From the NCBI RefSeq assembly GCF_001194135.2, contig NC_068987.1, positions 8,243,100-8,307,099 on the forward strand: a DNA stretch of 64,000 bases, read 5' to 3'. Below, piece by piece: positions 62,641 to 64,000 of the stretch. Source of the DNA: Octopus bimaculoides (Eukaryota). How positions within the stretch are numbered: position 1 is the stretch's first letter; every line of letters starts with the position of its first letter. A program made the position numbers and the translations under genes. The notes under the pieces were generated by a model. The model saw only the letters and a program-made list of their open reading frames with translations. It had not been told where the DNA came from and made no database searches.

Positions 62641-64000
62641 TATTATTATTATTATCATTATTATTATTATTATTATTATTATCATTATTATTATTAATAT
62701 TATTATCATCATCATCATCGTTTTGGTTGTACAATCAGAAGGGATTTCGTTTCTATTAGTAGAAACGAATTGCTTCTTGTCTTTAAAAAAAAATTTTCTT
62801 CTCTTAATAATTTGATAGAATGACTTTCAAGCTTTAAGCTTTCAGAAACTTTCTTCTTCTTCTTTTTCTTCATCTTCTTCTTCTTNNNNNNNNNNNNNNN
62901 NNNNNNNNNNNNNNNNNNNNNNNNNNNNNNNNNNNNNNNNNNNNNNNNNNNNNNNNNNNNNNNNNNNNNNNNNNNNNNNNNNNNNNNNNNNNNNNNNNNN
63001 NNNNNNNNNNNNNNNNNNNNNNNNNNNNNNNNNNNNNNNNNNNNNNNNNNNNNNNNNNNNNNNNNNNNNNNNNNNNNNNNNNNNNNNNNNNNNNNNNNNN
63101 NNNNNNNNNNNNNNNNNNNNNNNNNNNNNNNNNNNNNNNNNNNNNNNNNNNNNNNNNNNNNNNNNNNNNNNNNNNNNNNNNNNNNNNNNNNNNNNNNNNN
63201 NNNNNNNNNNNNNNNNNNNNNNNNNNNNNNNNNNNNNNNNNNNNNNNNNNNNNNNNNNNNNNNNNNNNNNNNNNNNNNNNNNNNNNNNNNNNNNNNNNNN
63301 NNNNNNNNNNNNNNNNNNNNNNNNNNNNNNNNNNNNNNNNNNNNNNNNNNNNNNNNNNNNNNNNNNNNNNNNNNNNNNNNNNNNNNNNNNNNNNNNNNNN
63401 NNNNNNNNNNNNNNNNNNNNNNNNNNNNNNNNNNNNNNNNNNNNNNNNNNNNNNNNNNNNNNNNNNNNNNNNNNNNNNNNNNNNNNNNNCCTGTTTACCT
63501 TGATTGATGGCTGTCGGATAACGAAGTAAACTCATTAGTAAAATTGATAAACAGTTACAGCTTAGCAATTCAAAGATCAAACGCTCCTTTTCTCACCAAA
63601 AGACAAGAGAATGGTGAGACCAAGAATAAACTGGATCAGCTTGGGATTTCTTAAAGAAATTAGTATCAAGTCATGAAGCTGTTACTGTAATGTTAATCCT
63701 AATCCAGCTCTTGGTTTTCATACAGATGGCATCACCAAATAATTAACCTCAGTGATTCATATAATTAAATATGTAAATTATTCACACCTGCTAAGAATTC
63801 CACTTAGTGATTCATCACTGCATTGACAAGTTTGGTGAAGTCTGTACTTCATCGAAAAGGTCTAATAAGGTGAAATATGTCTGGAGTTACCTCCCGTCAT
63901 GCCTGAAAGGATTAAAATGGCATTAGTTGTTTTAATCTTGACAAATGTTGGCTTTTTCCTTGCCATGTATGTATTCTAATGAGCTATTTGATGCTCCTTA

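Overview
Eukaryotic, AT-rich, microsatellite-dense draft genomic DNA with roughly 6 kb of N gaps. The repeat families and the extreme (CA)/(TA)/(GA)/(GATA)/(ATT) load look like an octopod cephalopod (Octopus-like); this is inferred from remembered repeat sequences, not from a database search. I found no protein-coding gene or exon I can identify: the long ORFs come from N gaps or microsatellites. The window reads as intergenic or a very long intron. It is populated by at least four tRNA-derived SINE families with interchangeable 3' tails and a (TGA)n-tailed retroposon carrying an internal VNTR. It also holds three degenerate RTE-type LINE fragments, a (TAA)n-embedded element, several DNA-transposon MITEs (TTAA-, TA- and hAT-type) and a Penelope-like fragment. 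The most notable structures are an RTE fragment with twin-priming-like 5' inversion geometry, a 318-bp near-perfect palindrome, a 217-bp-period head-to-tail SINE array and a hammerhead-like core motif. I see no evidence for a novel multi-gene system. Family letters (A, B, C, D, E, F) are my own working labels.
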